DNA of 59,955 bases from a virus. Its lineage: Duplodnaviria; Caudoviricetes. A program made the translations under genes and the position numbers. Shown piece by piece: positions 19,034 through 27,042 of the stretch (its first letter is position 1; each line of letters starts with the position of its first letter). The notes beneath the pieces are model-generated. The model was not told the DNA's origin. It ran no database searches and was given only the letters and a program-made list of their open reading frames with translations. Location: positions 1 to 59,955 of the IMG/VR virus record IMGVR_UViG_3300047409_000695, one strand, 5' to 3'.

Positions 19034-19138
19034 ATGCGAACCTTCTCGCTCGATCTGACGGTCGCGATCCTGATCTTCCTGTTCGGACTCGTGTGCGGGT
19101 TCGGCGCGTGCGTCGCCGTTATCTTGTGGCAACTGTAG
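19034..19138 (+). CDS. 34-aa hydrophobic peptide, opposite strand to its operon
   Basis: MRTFSLDLTVAILIFLFGLVCGFGACVAVILWQL* fills the intergenic gap. Confidence 0.55.
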   Translation: MRTFSLDLTVAILIFLFGLVCGFGACVAVILWQL

Positions 19139-19139
19139 T

Positions 19140-19793
19140 TCACCCGTTCAACTCGGCGAGCGCAATGTCTCGAGCGGCGTTCAGCCGGGCCATTTCATCC
19201 ACCGATCCGCCTGCGTCCGGATGCGCGCGCTTCGCCCGATCGCGAAACCGTGCCTCGACGACGTTCGGACTCACCATCTCGTTGGTTCCAAAGCCGAGCG
19301 TCTGACGCCAGTCGTGCCCGACGGCCGGCGGTAAGGCCGTGTAGCCCGCAAACGCTTGCTCGAGGAATCCGACACCGTACCGATCGACCGCGCGTAACGC
19401 TTCGATGTGCTTGCCGACGGCCATCAGGTTGTCAGCGACCGAGTTCCACTTGTCGCACGCCAGCACGCGCGACGCCCCGCGCAACCGGAAGTAGACCGCG
19501 ACGCCCGGATCCTCGAGCATCCGTTTCTGGTCGGCGTACGGCGTGCCGGTGTCCTTGAGTCGCAGGTTCGAGCTCACGACGATCCGCGACGCCCCGAGCC
19601 GACGGAGCTCGCCGCGCAGAAATTCATTCGAATCGCCGACGGTCAGGGACCGCTTCGTCGTCCAGTTCGTTGTCTCGCCGTACTGACGCTGGCGTTTGTG
19701 GAACGCGGCCGGGCGGCGCGCGTGATACGGCGTCCGTTTCCACGCGGCCGGCCAGGTCAACGGAAACGCCGGGATGGTATCGACCGGATTCAT
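19140..19793 (-). CDS. J-domain-containing phage protein
   Basis: FPLTWP...DPGVAVYF...CDKW N-domain; C-terminal AKRAHPDAGGS (HPD motif). Confidence 0.85.
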   Translation of the reverse strand: MNPVDTIPAFPLTWPAAWKRTPYHARRPAAFHKRQRQYGETTNWTTKRSLTVGDSNEFLRGELRRLGASRIVVSSNLRLKDTGTPYADQKRMLEDPGVAVYFRLRGASRVLACDKWNSVADNLMAVGKHIEALRAVDRYGVGFLEQAFAGYTALPPAVGHDWRQTLGFGTNEMVSPNVVEARFRDRAKRAHPDAGGSVDEMARLNAARDIALAELNG

Positions 19794-20185
19794 GCCCGAA
19801 CGACCTCTCGAGCTCGATCCCAGAACCGATCTGCAGCCTCTTCGGTTTGGAACGTGATCCCTTTGATGTAGAGCAGGCCTTCGACGTTCTCGAGTAGCAC
19901 TTGGGACGGTGTTTCGTCGACGTCGATCAGGAGACCGAACACGCGCAACTGCCGGCAGATCCGATCGTAGAGCTCGGGCACGTCGACGACGCGCTCGGCG
20001 AGCAACTTCAGTTCATCGATCCTGGCCACGAGCACGGTTGTGGGCAAGTCGTCGCCGCTCAGCTTTGCGTTCGGCGGGACTGAACCCGTACATGTCGTAC
20101 TCGCCGGCTTCGTAGAGCCGCCACGCTTCTTTGATGCTCGCTTCGCACGCTTGTCGACAGCCATCACAGCCTTTCCCGGTGCCAA
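19790..20185 (-). CDS. hypothetical protein (true start probably near 20030)
   Basis: coupled to the J-domain gene; 5' part overlaps another plausible small ORF (20013-about 20260). Confidence 0.4.
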   Translation of the reverse strand: MAPGKAVMAVDKRAKRASKKRGGSTKPASTTCTGSVPPNAKLSGDDLPTTVLVARIDELKLLAERVVDVPELYDRICRQLRVFGLLIDVDETPSQVLLENVEGLLYIKGITFQTEEAADRFWDRAREVVRA

Positions 20186-20241
20186 TGGGGGGTTGAAAGT
20201 GATCCAGCCAGGGCGTCCCCGACGAACACGTCAACGGCGCG

Positions 20242-20538
20242 TCAGACTTGTCGTCCACCGAGGTCTCGCATGAACGCGTGAATTTCGGCGAGCGCCGACA
20301 GCGGGTAAACGGACTCGCCGTACTCGCCGGCCGCGCGGAACATCCACGCCCGCCACTGCGGCGACCACTCAATCCGCCCCATCGCGAACGCGCCGCGTCT
20401 CGAGATCACGGCGTACGACGTTTGGTGGGCGATGATCGGTCCGTCGATGAACCGCAGATAGCGCCCTTCGCGACGCGTCGGCGGAACGTGCCCGACCGGT
20501 CGACGACGGATCCATGCGATCAAAGCCTTTGGCGTCAT
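20242..20538 (-). CDS. hypothetical protein
   Basis: MGRIEWSPQWRAWMF motif seen in small phage proteins; TGATG-coupled. Confidence 0.6.
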   Translation of the reverse strand: MTPKALIAWIRRRPVGHVPPTRREGRYLRFIDGPIIAHQTSYAVISRRGAFAMGRIEWSPQWRAWMFRAAGEYGESVYPLSALAEIHAFMRDLGGRQV

Positions 20539-21092
20539 CAGAACCCCAGATCCGGATCGACGCCGGTATCGACGCCTTTGACTACGACTGGCCGTTCAGC
20601 GCGATCGACGCGTTCGCCGTCATCACGCACTCCCGGAGCTTCCGGAGCGCTGCCGTCTGGTCCGCGCTCGGCGGTGTGTGCTCGAGCAGGATCTTGGCGA
20701 AGTCCTTCGCCGCCGTTCGAATCGCTTCGTACGACTGGGGCTGATCCCCCGTGGGCGGGTGATACGTGAACAGATTCTCGAGTCGCTCGGTCTCGGCCTG
20801 GCTCAGCACTCTGATCATTCGGCCCTCCTATGGGCTCGTACGTGAGTTCTCGGACGACGCGTTCGACGGGCGGCGTCACCACGATCGGAATTTCTCCGGT
20901 TGCAAGGACCGCGCGTTCGCCGGCGTCGTCGAGGTTGAGGTACGCCATGATCGCCTGGTCGACGACCCACGAACACGGCTTGTTCTGCTTCTTCGCGCAC
21001 GCCTTAACGGCCGGCCAGAACCGTTTCGCCACGCGGACGTTCACGTCTCCGGTCCGATCGACCGGCGCACTCTTCTTCCGGACCCGCTTCAT
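20538..21092 (-). CDS. RHH-like DNA-binding protein with long C-terminal tail overprinting 20582-20818
   Basis: VNVRVAKRFWPAVKACAKKQNKPCSWVVDQAIMAYL; start and stop both overlap the neighbouring genes. Confidence 0.5.
   Translation of the reverse strand: MKRVRKKSAPVDRTGDVNVRVAKRFWPAVKACAKKQNKPCSWVVDQAIMAYLNLDDAGERAVLATGEIPIVVTPPVERVVRELTYEPIGGPNDQSAEPGRDRATRESVHVSPAHGGSAPVVRSDSNGGEGLRQDPARAHTAERGPDGSAPEAPGVRDDGERVDRAERPVVVKGVDTGVDPDLGF
20582..20818 (-). CDS. Acb2/Tad1-like helical hairpin (candidate immune-signal sponge)
   Basis: NLFTYHPP..DQ..SYEAIR..AK.FA..L....P.SADQTAALRKLRECVMTANASIA; own GGAGG RBS. Confidence 0.7.
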   Translation of the reverse strand: MIRVLSQAETERLENLFTYHPPTGDQPQSYEAIRTAAKDFAKILLEHTPPSADQTAALRKLRECVMTANASIALNGQS

Positions 21093-21520
21093 GAGTTCAG
21101 TGCTCCGAGAATGTCTTCGAGGTCCGACGTGACCAACTCGGCCATCTTGACCATCAGATCTGGTTCGCGCAGACCGGGCACGTAGACGAACAGCCGCTTG
21201 CCAGCGCCACACGCGTAGCCCGCCTCGAGGCTCGCCGACACACCGCACGGCATGACGTACACGCAGATCTCCGCGGCCTTCAGCGCGTCCATGTCGAATT
21301 TGAAACCGCGTTCGGCTGTCGGATGCTGCAGCCCCTCGAGGTACTTCGGGATATCGTCCGGCCAGGATTGCCAGTCCGGATGGACCTCTCGCCAGCTAAA
21401 ACCGTGCTGGCCCGGTGCCGGGTTCCTGAAGTCGTACACCTCGTGTCCGTCTTGACGCAGGCGCTCGACGACCATCGGTTGAAACTCGTTCCTCCATGAA
21501 CTCGCCACGTAAATCTTCAC
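21089..21520 (-). CDS. nucleoside 2-deoxyribosyltransferase-like protein
   Basis: KIYVASSWRN...DMDALKAAEICVYVMPCGVSASLEAGYACG; GTG start at 21520. Confidence 0.75.
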   Translation of the reverse strand: MKIYVASSWRNEFQPMVVERLRQDGHEVYDFRNPAPGQHGFSWREVHPDWQSWPDDIPKYLEGLQHPTAERGFKFDMDALKAAEICVYVMPCGVSASLEAGYACGAGKRLFVYVPGLREPDLMVKMAELVTSDLEDILGALNS

Positions 21521-21894
21521 GCCGTCTCCTTCGGAATGAGCGCTTTCAATTTGTCGATGTACGGCTGCCAGATCGCCTCGAGTTCCGCGTTCGGCGATGG
21601 CCCGATGCAAAAGTGTTCGAGCGCTTCGATCAGCACTTCGACGTCGGCGACCGACAGCGCCTGTACCGGCAACGGCGGACGCTGCTGCCACACTTCCTCG
21701 ACGTAGAAGGCGACCAGCATCGGGATCGGGTCGACGAAGTCGTAGCCGTCCTTCGTCCGGATGAACGCGCGCCGCGTCATCTCGATCAGGCGGACGTTCG
21801 AGCCTTCGCGGGCCTCGAACACGCGCCCGGGCACGAATACGACGTCACCGACCTGGGCACCGTGGTCGTCAAGCTCGATCCGTTTGGCGGTCAT
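21517..21894 (-). CDS. hypothetical protein
   Basis: coupled operon gene. Confidence 0.55.
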   Translation of the reverse strand: MTAKRIELDDHGAQVGDVVFVPGRVFEAREGSNVRLIEMTRRAFIRTKDGYDFVDPIPMLVAFYVEEVWQQRPPLPVQALSVADVEVLIEALEHFCIGPSPNAELEAIWQPYIDKLKALIPKETA

Positions 21895-22211
21895 CAGTGC
21901 ACCAGTTCTTTCGCGGGGACTTCGATCAGCCCGCCGAGGTCAACGTGCTCACGGATCGCGCGATGGAACCGCGGGCTCTGCTTTCGGAGAAAGTTCGCGA
22001 GCTCCTGGGGCGTCGGCTTGATCCACATCAGGTCCGGCGTCAGGGTCTGGTCGACGCGGTAACACGCCGACTGCATCGACCCCTTACACCGCGGCGTCGC
22101 GCGACACGAGATCATGAACGGCGTCGTGCCTTCGTCGCGGTTCTTCGTGACCGTGGCCTTACCGCACACGTCGCATCGGTAGACGTTGATCAGGTTCGCT
22201 TGCTCGCTCAC
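21894..22211 (-). CDS. Cys-rich (Zn-binding) phage protein
   Basis: YRCDVCG...DEGTTPFMISC...C...CY. Confidence 0.65.
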   Translation of the reverse strand: MSEQANLINVYRCDVCGKATVTKNRDEGTTPFMISCRATPRCKGSMQSACYRVDQTLTPDLMWIKPTPQELANFLRKQSPRFHRAIREHVDLGGLIEVPAKELVH

Positions 22212-22590
22212 TTGAACTCCGGCACGTTCTCGCCGACCGCGCGCCGCGTCTTCGATGCCCGCGGCGCCAGGCCCTTTCGTGCGGCCTTAGCATCGGCTTC
22301 GGTCTGGAACGGCTGCAGCGTGATGTCGTAGTCGTGTTGATGCTCGACGCGCGACACGCGGTCACTCGTGCATTCAATCGCGGCGCACACCGGACAGAGC
22401 CAGTAGACGATGCCGCTCATGACTTCAGCTTCGGCCGCGTCCGGCGCCAGGGCTTCACGCGCGGTCCTTCGATCGCCTGGCCGCGGAACCGCCGTTGACA
22501 CGCGAGCAACTGACACTGTGGCGAACAGTATTTGGCGCCGCGACGCACGCGCGTTTCCGGAACATCAGCCGGACAGACCGCGCACGTCAT
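22208..22590 (-). CDS. two small Zn-finger proteins (22208-22420 CPVC/C/H/H; 22417-22590 CAVC...YCSPQC)
   Basis: ATGA-coupled short ORFs with CxxC motifs. Confidence 0.5.
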
Positions 22591-23250
22591 GAGACCCGCT
22601 CGAGTGCCGTCAATACGCGCTGACGATGGAACTGCTTGCGCTTCTCGGCCGACGCGCGCACACCGGGCGGCGCAGTCAACCGTTGCCCCGTCACCGTCGA
22701 GTGCCCGCCGGCCCACGTCACCAGCACCTGCTTCCGCGGCACCGACCGCGAGTCCGTCGGCCCGAACGCCGACGCCGTCGAACGCTCAATCACCAGCGCC
22801 AGTTCGTCGGCGACTTCCTGCTCGGTCATGACACGCGCTCGCAGTCCGGCGGATCCGTGACGGTCTGCATGGCCGTGAAGCCTGGCGACGCGATCCGCTC
22901 GACGTGGGCGCCTTCTTCCCAGCCGTTCAGGGCCGGCTGTCCCTCTGGCACCATCGAATGCCGGTGGTCCGTCAACACGACGTCGCATCGGGTGCACCGT
23001 TGCACCAGGTCGATATACGGCCCGGCTAGATGAATCACGCGCGCCCCCGTTGCAGCATCTCGAGTGCGTCGGCAAACGACGCGCACGGCGTCGCCGCCCC
23101 GTTCAGGAGATCCCCGTCGCGGCGCACCGGCGTCAACAGGAACCACTGCGTCTGAGACCCCCGCGTGACGCCGACATGGAGCTTCCGGACCGCCGGCTTC
23201 CGCAACGGCCGCGCCAGCGCTTCCCGCAACGTCTGACACTCAGTCGGCAT
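22587..23250 (-). CDS. three coupled small hypothetical ORFs (22587-22829, 22826-23038, 23035-23250)
   Basis: chained by ATGA/GTGA overlaps; G-ending codon bias. Confidence 0.5.
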
Positions 23251-23347
23251 CCGACCCGCCGCCCTTCCCGTCGTCCAGCATCCCCGCCACCAACAGCACA
23301 ATCAGAAAGACCACGACGACCGCCAGCGCGACCTGCAGGACCGTCAT
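23240..23347 (-). CDS. 35-aa single-TM peptide
   Basis: MTVLQVALAVVVVFLIVLLVAGMLDDGKGGGSDAD*. Confidence 0.55.
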   Translation of the reverse strand: MTVLQVALAVVVVFLIVLLVAGMLDDGKGGGSDAD

Positions 23348-23574
23348 TCCTGACTCGGCCGCTCGGCGCTGCGCGCGTCTTTTCCCGGCTCAGCCACCGA
23401 CGCCGGCTGCTCACCCGACCGATCCCTCAACGGCGACGCCATCCACGCCCGTTGCGCCAGATACCACCGCAACGCCGAGTCCACCAGGCCGGGCAACAGC
23501 ACCCCATCGCTCGCCGCCTGGCTCTTCATCTGCTGCCACACGACCTCATCCACCATCACGCTGACCGTTTTCAT
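23344..23574 (-). CDS. ribbon-helix-helix-like regulator, first gene of the leftward operon
   Basis: MKTVSVMVDEVVWQQMKSQAASDG...LVDSALRWYL. Confidence 0.6.
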   Translation of the reverse strand: MKTVSVMVDEVVWQQMKSQAASDGVLLPGLVDSALRWYLAQRAWMASPLRDRSGEQPASVAEPGKDARSAERPSQE

Positions 23575-23585
23575 GACCGCCGTGC

Positions 23586-23614
23586 ACTCTATTTGAACTT
23601 TCTTAAAAAGGCAA
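23586..23614 (-). promoter_or_regulatory. sigma70-type promoter
   Basis: TTGCCT-N17-TAGAGT in an AT-rich patch, 11 nt before the ATG at 23574. Confidence 0.65.
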
Positions 23615-23730
23615 GGCTCAGTCTGGAAAACCCCAGAAAAACACATGCGACTCCTGATAGCGCTCACGACCGCTGCCTTGGCCGGCCCCCGCAGACAATG
23701 CCCGCGGCTGCCTACCGTTGCGCACTTTTG

Positions 23731-24165
23731 CTCGAGCCTGCACGCCGGTGCACCGTTTGGCCCACGGTTGCACGGTTCGGCGCGTGGCTGCTCGAGGGTG
23801 CCCGCGGCGACCCGTCGCTGCGACATTCCGCCGACTATTGCCCAGGCCTGCACGCCGGTGCACACCCCGGCACACCGGCCGATCCGTGCGTGGCTATTCG
23901 GCCACACCGCACACCGGCCGAGCCGAGCTCGAGGCCTCGAGCCCCGAGCCGAGCCCCCCAGGCCTCGAGGCCGGCAAGCACGCGCGATCTTTGGCTACGG
24001 TGCGGTCCGACGTGCGGTCGGTCGGTCTCGAGGCCTGACGCGTCGACGGTGCGGTGTGCGAGCTCGAGGCCTCGAGGCCGGCCGCGTCGACGGTCCGACG
24101 TGCGGTCGTTCGAGCTCGAGGCCGGCCGCGGTTCGAGCTCGAGGCCTCGAGGCCGGCCGCGGTCG
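23731..24165. repeat. non-coding array of overlapping palindromes (GAGCTC/CTCGAG/AGGCCT/GGCCGGCC/CCGCGG) and short direct repeats
   Basis: 11 CTCGAG counted in 23731-24151; cggtccgacgtgcggtcg at 24003 and 24091; gagctcgagg(cctcgagg)ccggccgcg units. Confidence 0.85.
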
Positions 24166-24170
24166 TTGCG

Positions 24171-24211
24171 CGTGTTCCGATTTGTCATCTCGCGACACGA
24201 AAACGGAACAC
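24171..24211. promoter_or_regulatory. palindromic enhancer-like element, copy 1
   Basis: CGTGTTCCGATTTGTCATCTCGCGACACGAAAACGGAACAC; near-identical copy at 26924. Confidence 0.75.
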
Positions 24212-24273
24212 GGCCGCGGCGAGCCGGCGCCACGCCTGCCCGCGGTTGCACACCGCGGCGCACGACGACACCG

Positions 24274-24289
24274 CGGCACGGCCTCTGCT
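24274..24289 (+). promoter_or_regulatory. sigma54 (-24/-12) promoter 1
   Basis: CGGCACGGCCTCTGCT: GG at 24275-76, GC at 24287-88, compared with consensus TGGCACG-N4-TTGC. Confidence 0.65.
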
Positions 24290-24301
24290 CTGTATGTGGC
24301 C

Positions 24302-24523
24302 ATGGCGACGACGACACGGCATAGCGGGGATTGTCGGATGGCATTCGGCCGGCTTGATCCTGCGCACTGCGATCGTTGTCTCGAGCTCGCGAACGGTGCG
24401 AGGCCTCGCGAATGGGCGTCGACGCGTCGCAATCGCGACGATGCACGCCGGCTCGCCGAGATCCGCGCGCATAAGTGCACGTCGGCCGGTTGCGGTCCGG
24501 TGTGCACGTTTGGAGACTGGTAA
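24302..24523 (+). CDS. Cys/His-rich small early protein (73 aa)
   Basis: MATTTRHSGDC...HCDRCLEL..G...IRAHKC...CGPVCTFGDW. Confidence 0.65.
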   Translation: MATTTRHSGDCRMAFGRLDPAHCDRCLELANGARPREWASTRRNRDDARRLAEIRAHKCTSAGCGPVCTFGDW

Positions 24524-24525
24524 AC

Positions 24526-24678
24526 ATGAGCGAATACGTTCAAGTGACACTCGCGACGATCGCACTACTGCAGAAGTGCAACGGCGGTACGGTCGGCACT
24601 GGCGACATGATCGTGTTCCGGATGGTACGCCGGCTCGAACGTGAGCTAGACGCGTATCTGACAGGCGGTTCGGAATGA
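24526..24678 (+). CDS. hypothetical early protein (50 aa)
   Basis: GGAG RBS, MSEYVQVTLAT. Confidence 0.55.
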   Translation: MSEYVQVTLATIALLQKCNGGTVGTGDMIVFRMVRRLERELDAYLTGGSE

Positions 24679-24827
24679 TCCGCGCGTTGTCTCTTCTGCT
24701 CGGCCTGATCTGCATCGGCTTTGCTGGCTTGTTCGCGTACAACGGCCTGGCTGATTTCGCTCGAGCGGCGCTAGTCGAGGCCTTTTGTGTGGTGGTTATG
24801 GGCCAAGTGCTGAGGTACCCGAAGTGA
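24675..24827 (+). CDS. two-TM small membrane protein (50 aa)
   Basis: MIRALSLLLGLICIGFAGLFAYNGLADFARAALVEAFCVVVMGQVLRYPK*; ATGA/GTGA coupling. Confidence 0.55.
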   Translation: MIRALSLLLGLICIGFAGLFAYNGLADFARAALVEAFCVVVMGQVLRYPK

Positions 24828-25162
24828 GCTCACAAGCCGACCGGAACACCGCACACCGCGAAGAGCTCGAGACCGCAGGTATTACGATTACTGCACTCGA
24901 GCGATCGGAATGGTCCCGACTGGCGATCGACGCGTACCGGCTCGGCCTGACAGCCGTCGGCCATCGGTTCTCAGTAGCCGCGGCGACCGGCGTGCATATG
25001 CCGATCGCGCAATTCGACGCGTTACAGACGGAGTACCGCAGTTGGTTAACAGCCGGTTTCCCAGGCCTCGAGGCCGAAACCTTGCGAGCTCGGGAGACCC
25101 GCGGCGACGACACAAGTAAAGAGCTCGCACACTACCGCGCGAACCACGACACGAAAGGCTAA
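24824..25162 (+). CDS. hypothetical early protein
   Basis: GTG start coupled to the upstream stop. Confidence 0.6.
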   Translation: MSSQADRNTAHREELETAGITITALERSEWSRLAIDAYRLGLTAVGHRFSVAAATGVHMPIAQFDALQTEYRSWLTAGFPGLEAETLRARETRGDDTSKELAHYRANHDTKG

Positions 25163-25165
25163 CCG

Positions 25166-25495
25166 ATGGCCGAGCCGATTAGACACAAGGTATCCGGTTG
25201 GACACGCACGCCGGCCGGTTGGGGGAATTGGACGATCCGGCCGACCGATGGCACTGGCGATCGTGTCGTCGCGTTTCTGTCGGCCGGTACCTGGCAGAAC
25301 CTGCCAGGCGACGATCGCGCAAAGGCCGAGACCGATCGCGTAGTGCTGATCTCGGGAGACCCGTTACCCGACTGGGCCGTTACCTGGCTCGAGACCGCGA
25401 ACCGCAAGCAATGCACGCGAGCTCGCGAAGCCTTTCGCTCGGCTTTGGACGATGCAGACTGGGCCGACGATCGGCGTACGTTTGGAGACTCGTAA
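25166..25495 (+). CDS. hypothetical early protein
   Basis: 109 aa, operon packing. Confidence 0.6.
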   Translation: MAEPIRHKVSGWTRTPAGWGNWTIRPTDGTGDRVVAFLSAGTWQNLPGDDRAKAETDRVVLISGDPLPDWAVTWLETANRKQCTRAREAFRSALDDADWADDRRTFGDS

Positions 25496-25496
25496 C

Positions 25497-25818
25497 ATGC
25501 TGAAACGCGAAGAGCTTGCGATCTTGGACCGCGCGATCGGCGAGCCTCGGTTCTCAGTCGTATCTCGGCCCATGGTTAACCGAGGTACGCGCCGAAGTGG
25601 CGGCAATGATTACCTCAGATCTCGAGCCGGCTTTGATGCCGTCGGCCGCGGTCGCACAAGCACGCGCAACCGTCGACGAAGCCAAACGACTGGCCGAGCT
25701 CTTTCGAGCCGAGGCCGACAAGCACGCCGAACAGACCGCGGCAAACATGCGTAAACGCGTCGACGAATTTAGGACGCGTGCACGTCATGAGCTCGAGCGG
25801 GTAGCCGGTCAAATCTAA
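25497..25818 (+). pseudogene. early gene apparently split by a +1 frameshift near 25539-25546
   Basis: RBS+ATG frame MLKREELAILDRAI, continued in another frame as (A/E)LGSQSYLGPWLTEVRAEV...AGQI*. Confidence 0.5.
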
Positions 25819-25829
25819 CGGGAGATCTC

Positions 25830-26072
25830 ATGCTGATCATTGCTACTCGAGGTAAGCCGATCGTGATCCGTCGGACCGTCAAGCGACTGACGAAAGCGTT
25901 AGCCGGCCGGCGTGCACTCTTTCACGGGTACGACGGGAAAGAGTACGACTGCACGATCATGTCTGTTTTTCGCGGTACCGCCACGATTCACTACTACGTA
26001 CCAGGCCGGCCGGAAATTGTGACCGGCTACACAAGTGATCCGGCTCGGCTCGAGCTCGAGACACACGGTTAA
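25830..26072 (+). CDS. hypothetical early protein
   Basis: GGAG RBS, 80 aa. Confidence 0.6.
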   Translation: MLIIATRGKPIVIRRTVKRLTKALAGRRALFHGYDGKEYDCTIMSVFRGTATIHYYVPGRPEIVTGYTSDPARLELETHG

Positions 26073-26077
26073 CCGCC

Positions 26078-26410
26078 ATGCCGATCGTTATCCTGCACAC
26101 CGCAGAACCGCGGCCGGACGATCCGCCGTTCGATTTCGAGGCCTGGCAAGCACGCCGGCTCGAGCAACGACAAGCACGCCGGCTCGAGCTCGAGACCGCA
26201 CTAGCGGCCGGCAAGGTGGTATCCCAGGCGGGTACGTTCTGGACTGTCGACGCGGTTATTTCTACGCGGTTCGGTCCGGCCTCGAGCTTTCGGCCGTTCG
26301 TCGATCGGTGTATGCACGCCGGCTATCTGGCCGAGCACTTAGAGAACCGCGAAAACGGTTTCGGCTTCGACACGTTCATTCTGTCAACCAAGGGAGACCG
26401 CACACCATGA
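26078..26410 (+). CDS. hypothetical early protein
   Basis: 110 aa, contains an ARRLE tandem repeat. Confidence 0.55.
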   Translation: MPIVILHTAEPRPDDPPFDFEAWQARRLEQRQARRLELETALAAGKVVSQAGTFWTVDAVISTRFGPASSFRPFVDRCMHAGYLAEHLENRENGFGFDTFILSTKGDRTP

Positions 26411-26721
26411 AGATCAAGATCACGCTAAACGATCGTGGTAATCCGCCCGGCAAGGTAGCCGAGGCCGAACTACATTTCACGGACGGACCGTTAGCCGGCC
26501 TGAAACTGATCGGCTTTTCCATCTGGGAAACTCGCCAGTCGTCCGGCCTGAATGTCACGTACCCGGCTCGAACCTACAGCGTAAACGGCGAGCGGCGATC
26601 GTTTGCCTTGCTCCGTCCGACTGGCGACGCAACCGAGCAAAACCGTATCCGTAACCTGATCTGCGACGCGTACCGCGAAGAGCTCGAGCGGGTAAGCACG
26701 CCGGCCGCGGTGTCAGCATGA
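26407..26721 (+). CDS. SpoVG-like nucleic-acid-binding protein
   Basis: PPGKVAEAELHFTDGPLAGLKLIGFSIWE...NVTYPARTYSVNGERRSFALLRP...IRNLICDAY. Confidence 0.65.
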   Translation: MKIKITLNDRGNPPGKVAEAELHFTDGPLAGLKLIGFSIWETRQSSGLNVTYPARTYSVNGERRSFALLRPTGDATEQNRIRNLICDAYREELERVSTPAAVSA

Positions 26722-26921
26722 CACGACAAGCGGCGATCGACTGGGCGCGCAAACGTGCACGCCGGATTAACGCCGAAGTTTTCGTCATTTGGTCGGCCGA
26801 AGAGACCGATCCGCCTGGCGAGCACTACCAGACCGCAACCGACGAAGATCTAGCCGGCTTTTATCACGGTTGCGGCGAGCCGATCGCAGTCGTCCAACCG
26901 GACGGCACAATCGAGGCCTGA
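26718..26921 (+). CDS. hypothetical early protein
   Basis: ATGA-coupled, 67 aa. Confidence 0.6.
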   Translation: MTRQAAIDWARKRARRINAEVFVIWSAEETDPPGEHYQTATDEDLAGFYHGCGEPIAVVQPDGTIEA

Positions 26922-26923
26922 TC

Positions 26924-26964
26924 CGTGTTCCGTTTTGTCAAAACGGGACACCAAAACGGAACAC
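26924..26964. promoter_or_regulatory. palindromic enhancer-like element, copy 2
   Basis: CGTGTTCCGTTTTGTCAAAACGGGACACCAAAACGGAACAC. Confidence 0.75.
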
Positions 26965-27014
26965 AACCGAGCTCGAGGCCTGGTACCGGCGTGCACCGGC
27001 GTGCAGTTGTGAGC

Positions 27015-27030
27015 CGGCACACCGAATGCA
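27015..27030 (+). promoter_or_regulatory. sigma54 (-24/-12) promoter 2
   Basis: CGGCACACCGAATGCA: GG at 27016-17, GC at 27028-29; ATG at 27043. Confidence 0.65.
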
Positions 27031-27042
27031 ATTACCTCGAGC

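Noticed and set aside
23900-24170. CRISPR array
   Set aside because: No constant repeat with unique spacers of regular length, and no cas operon
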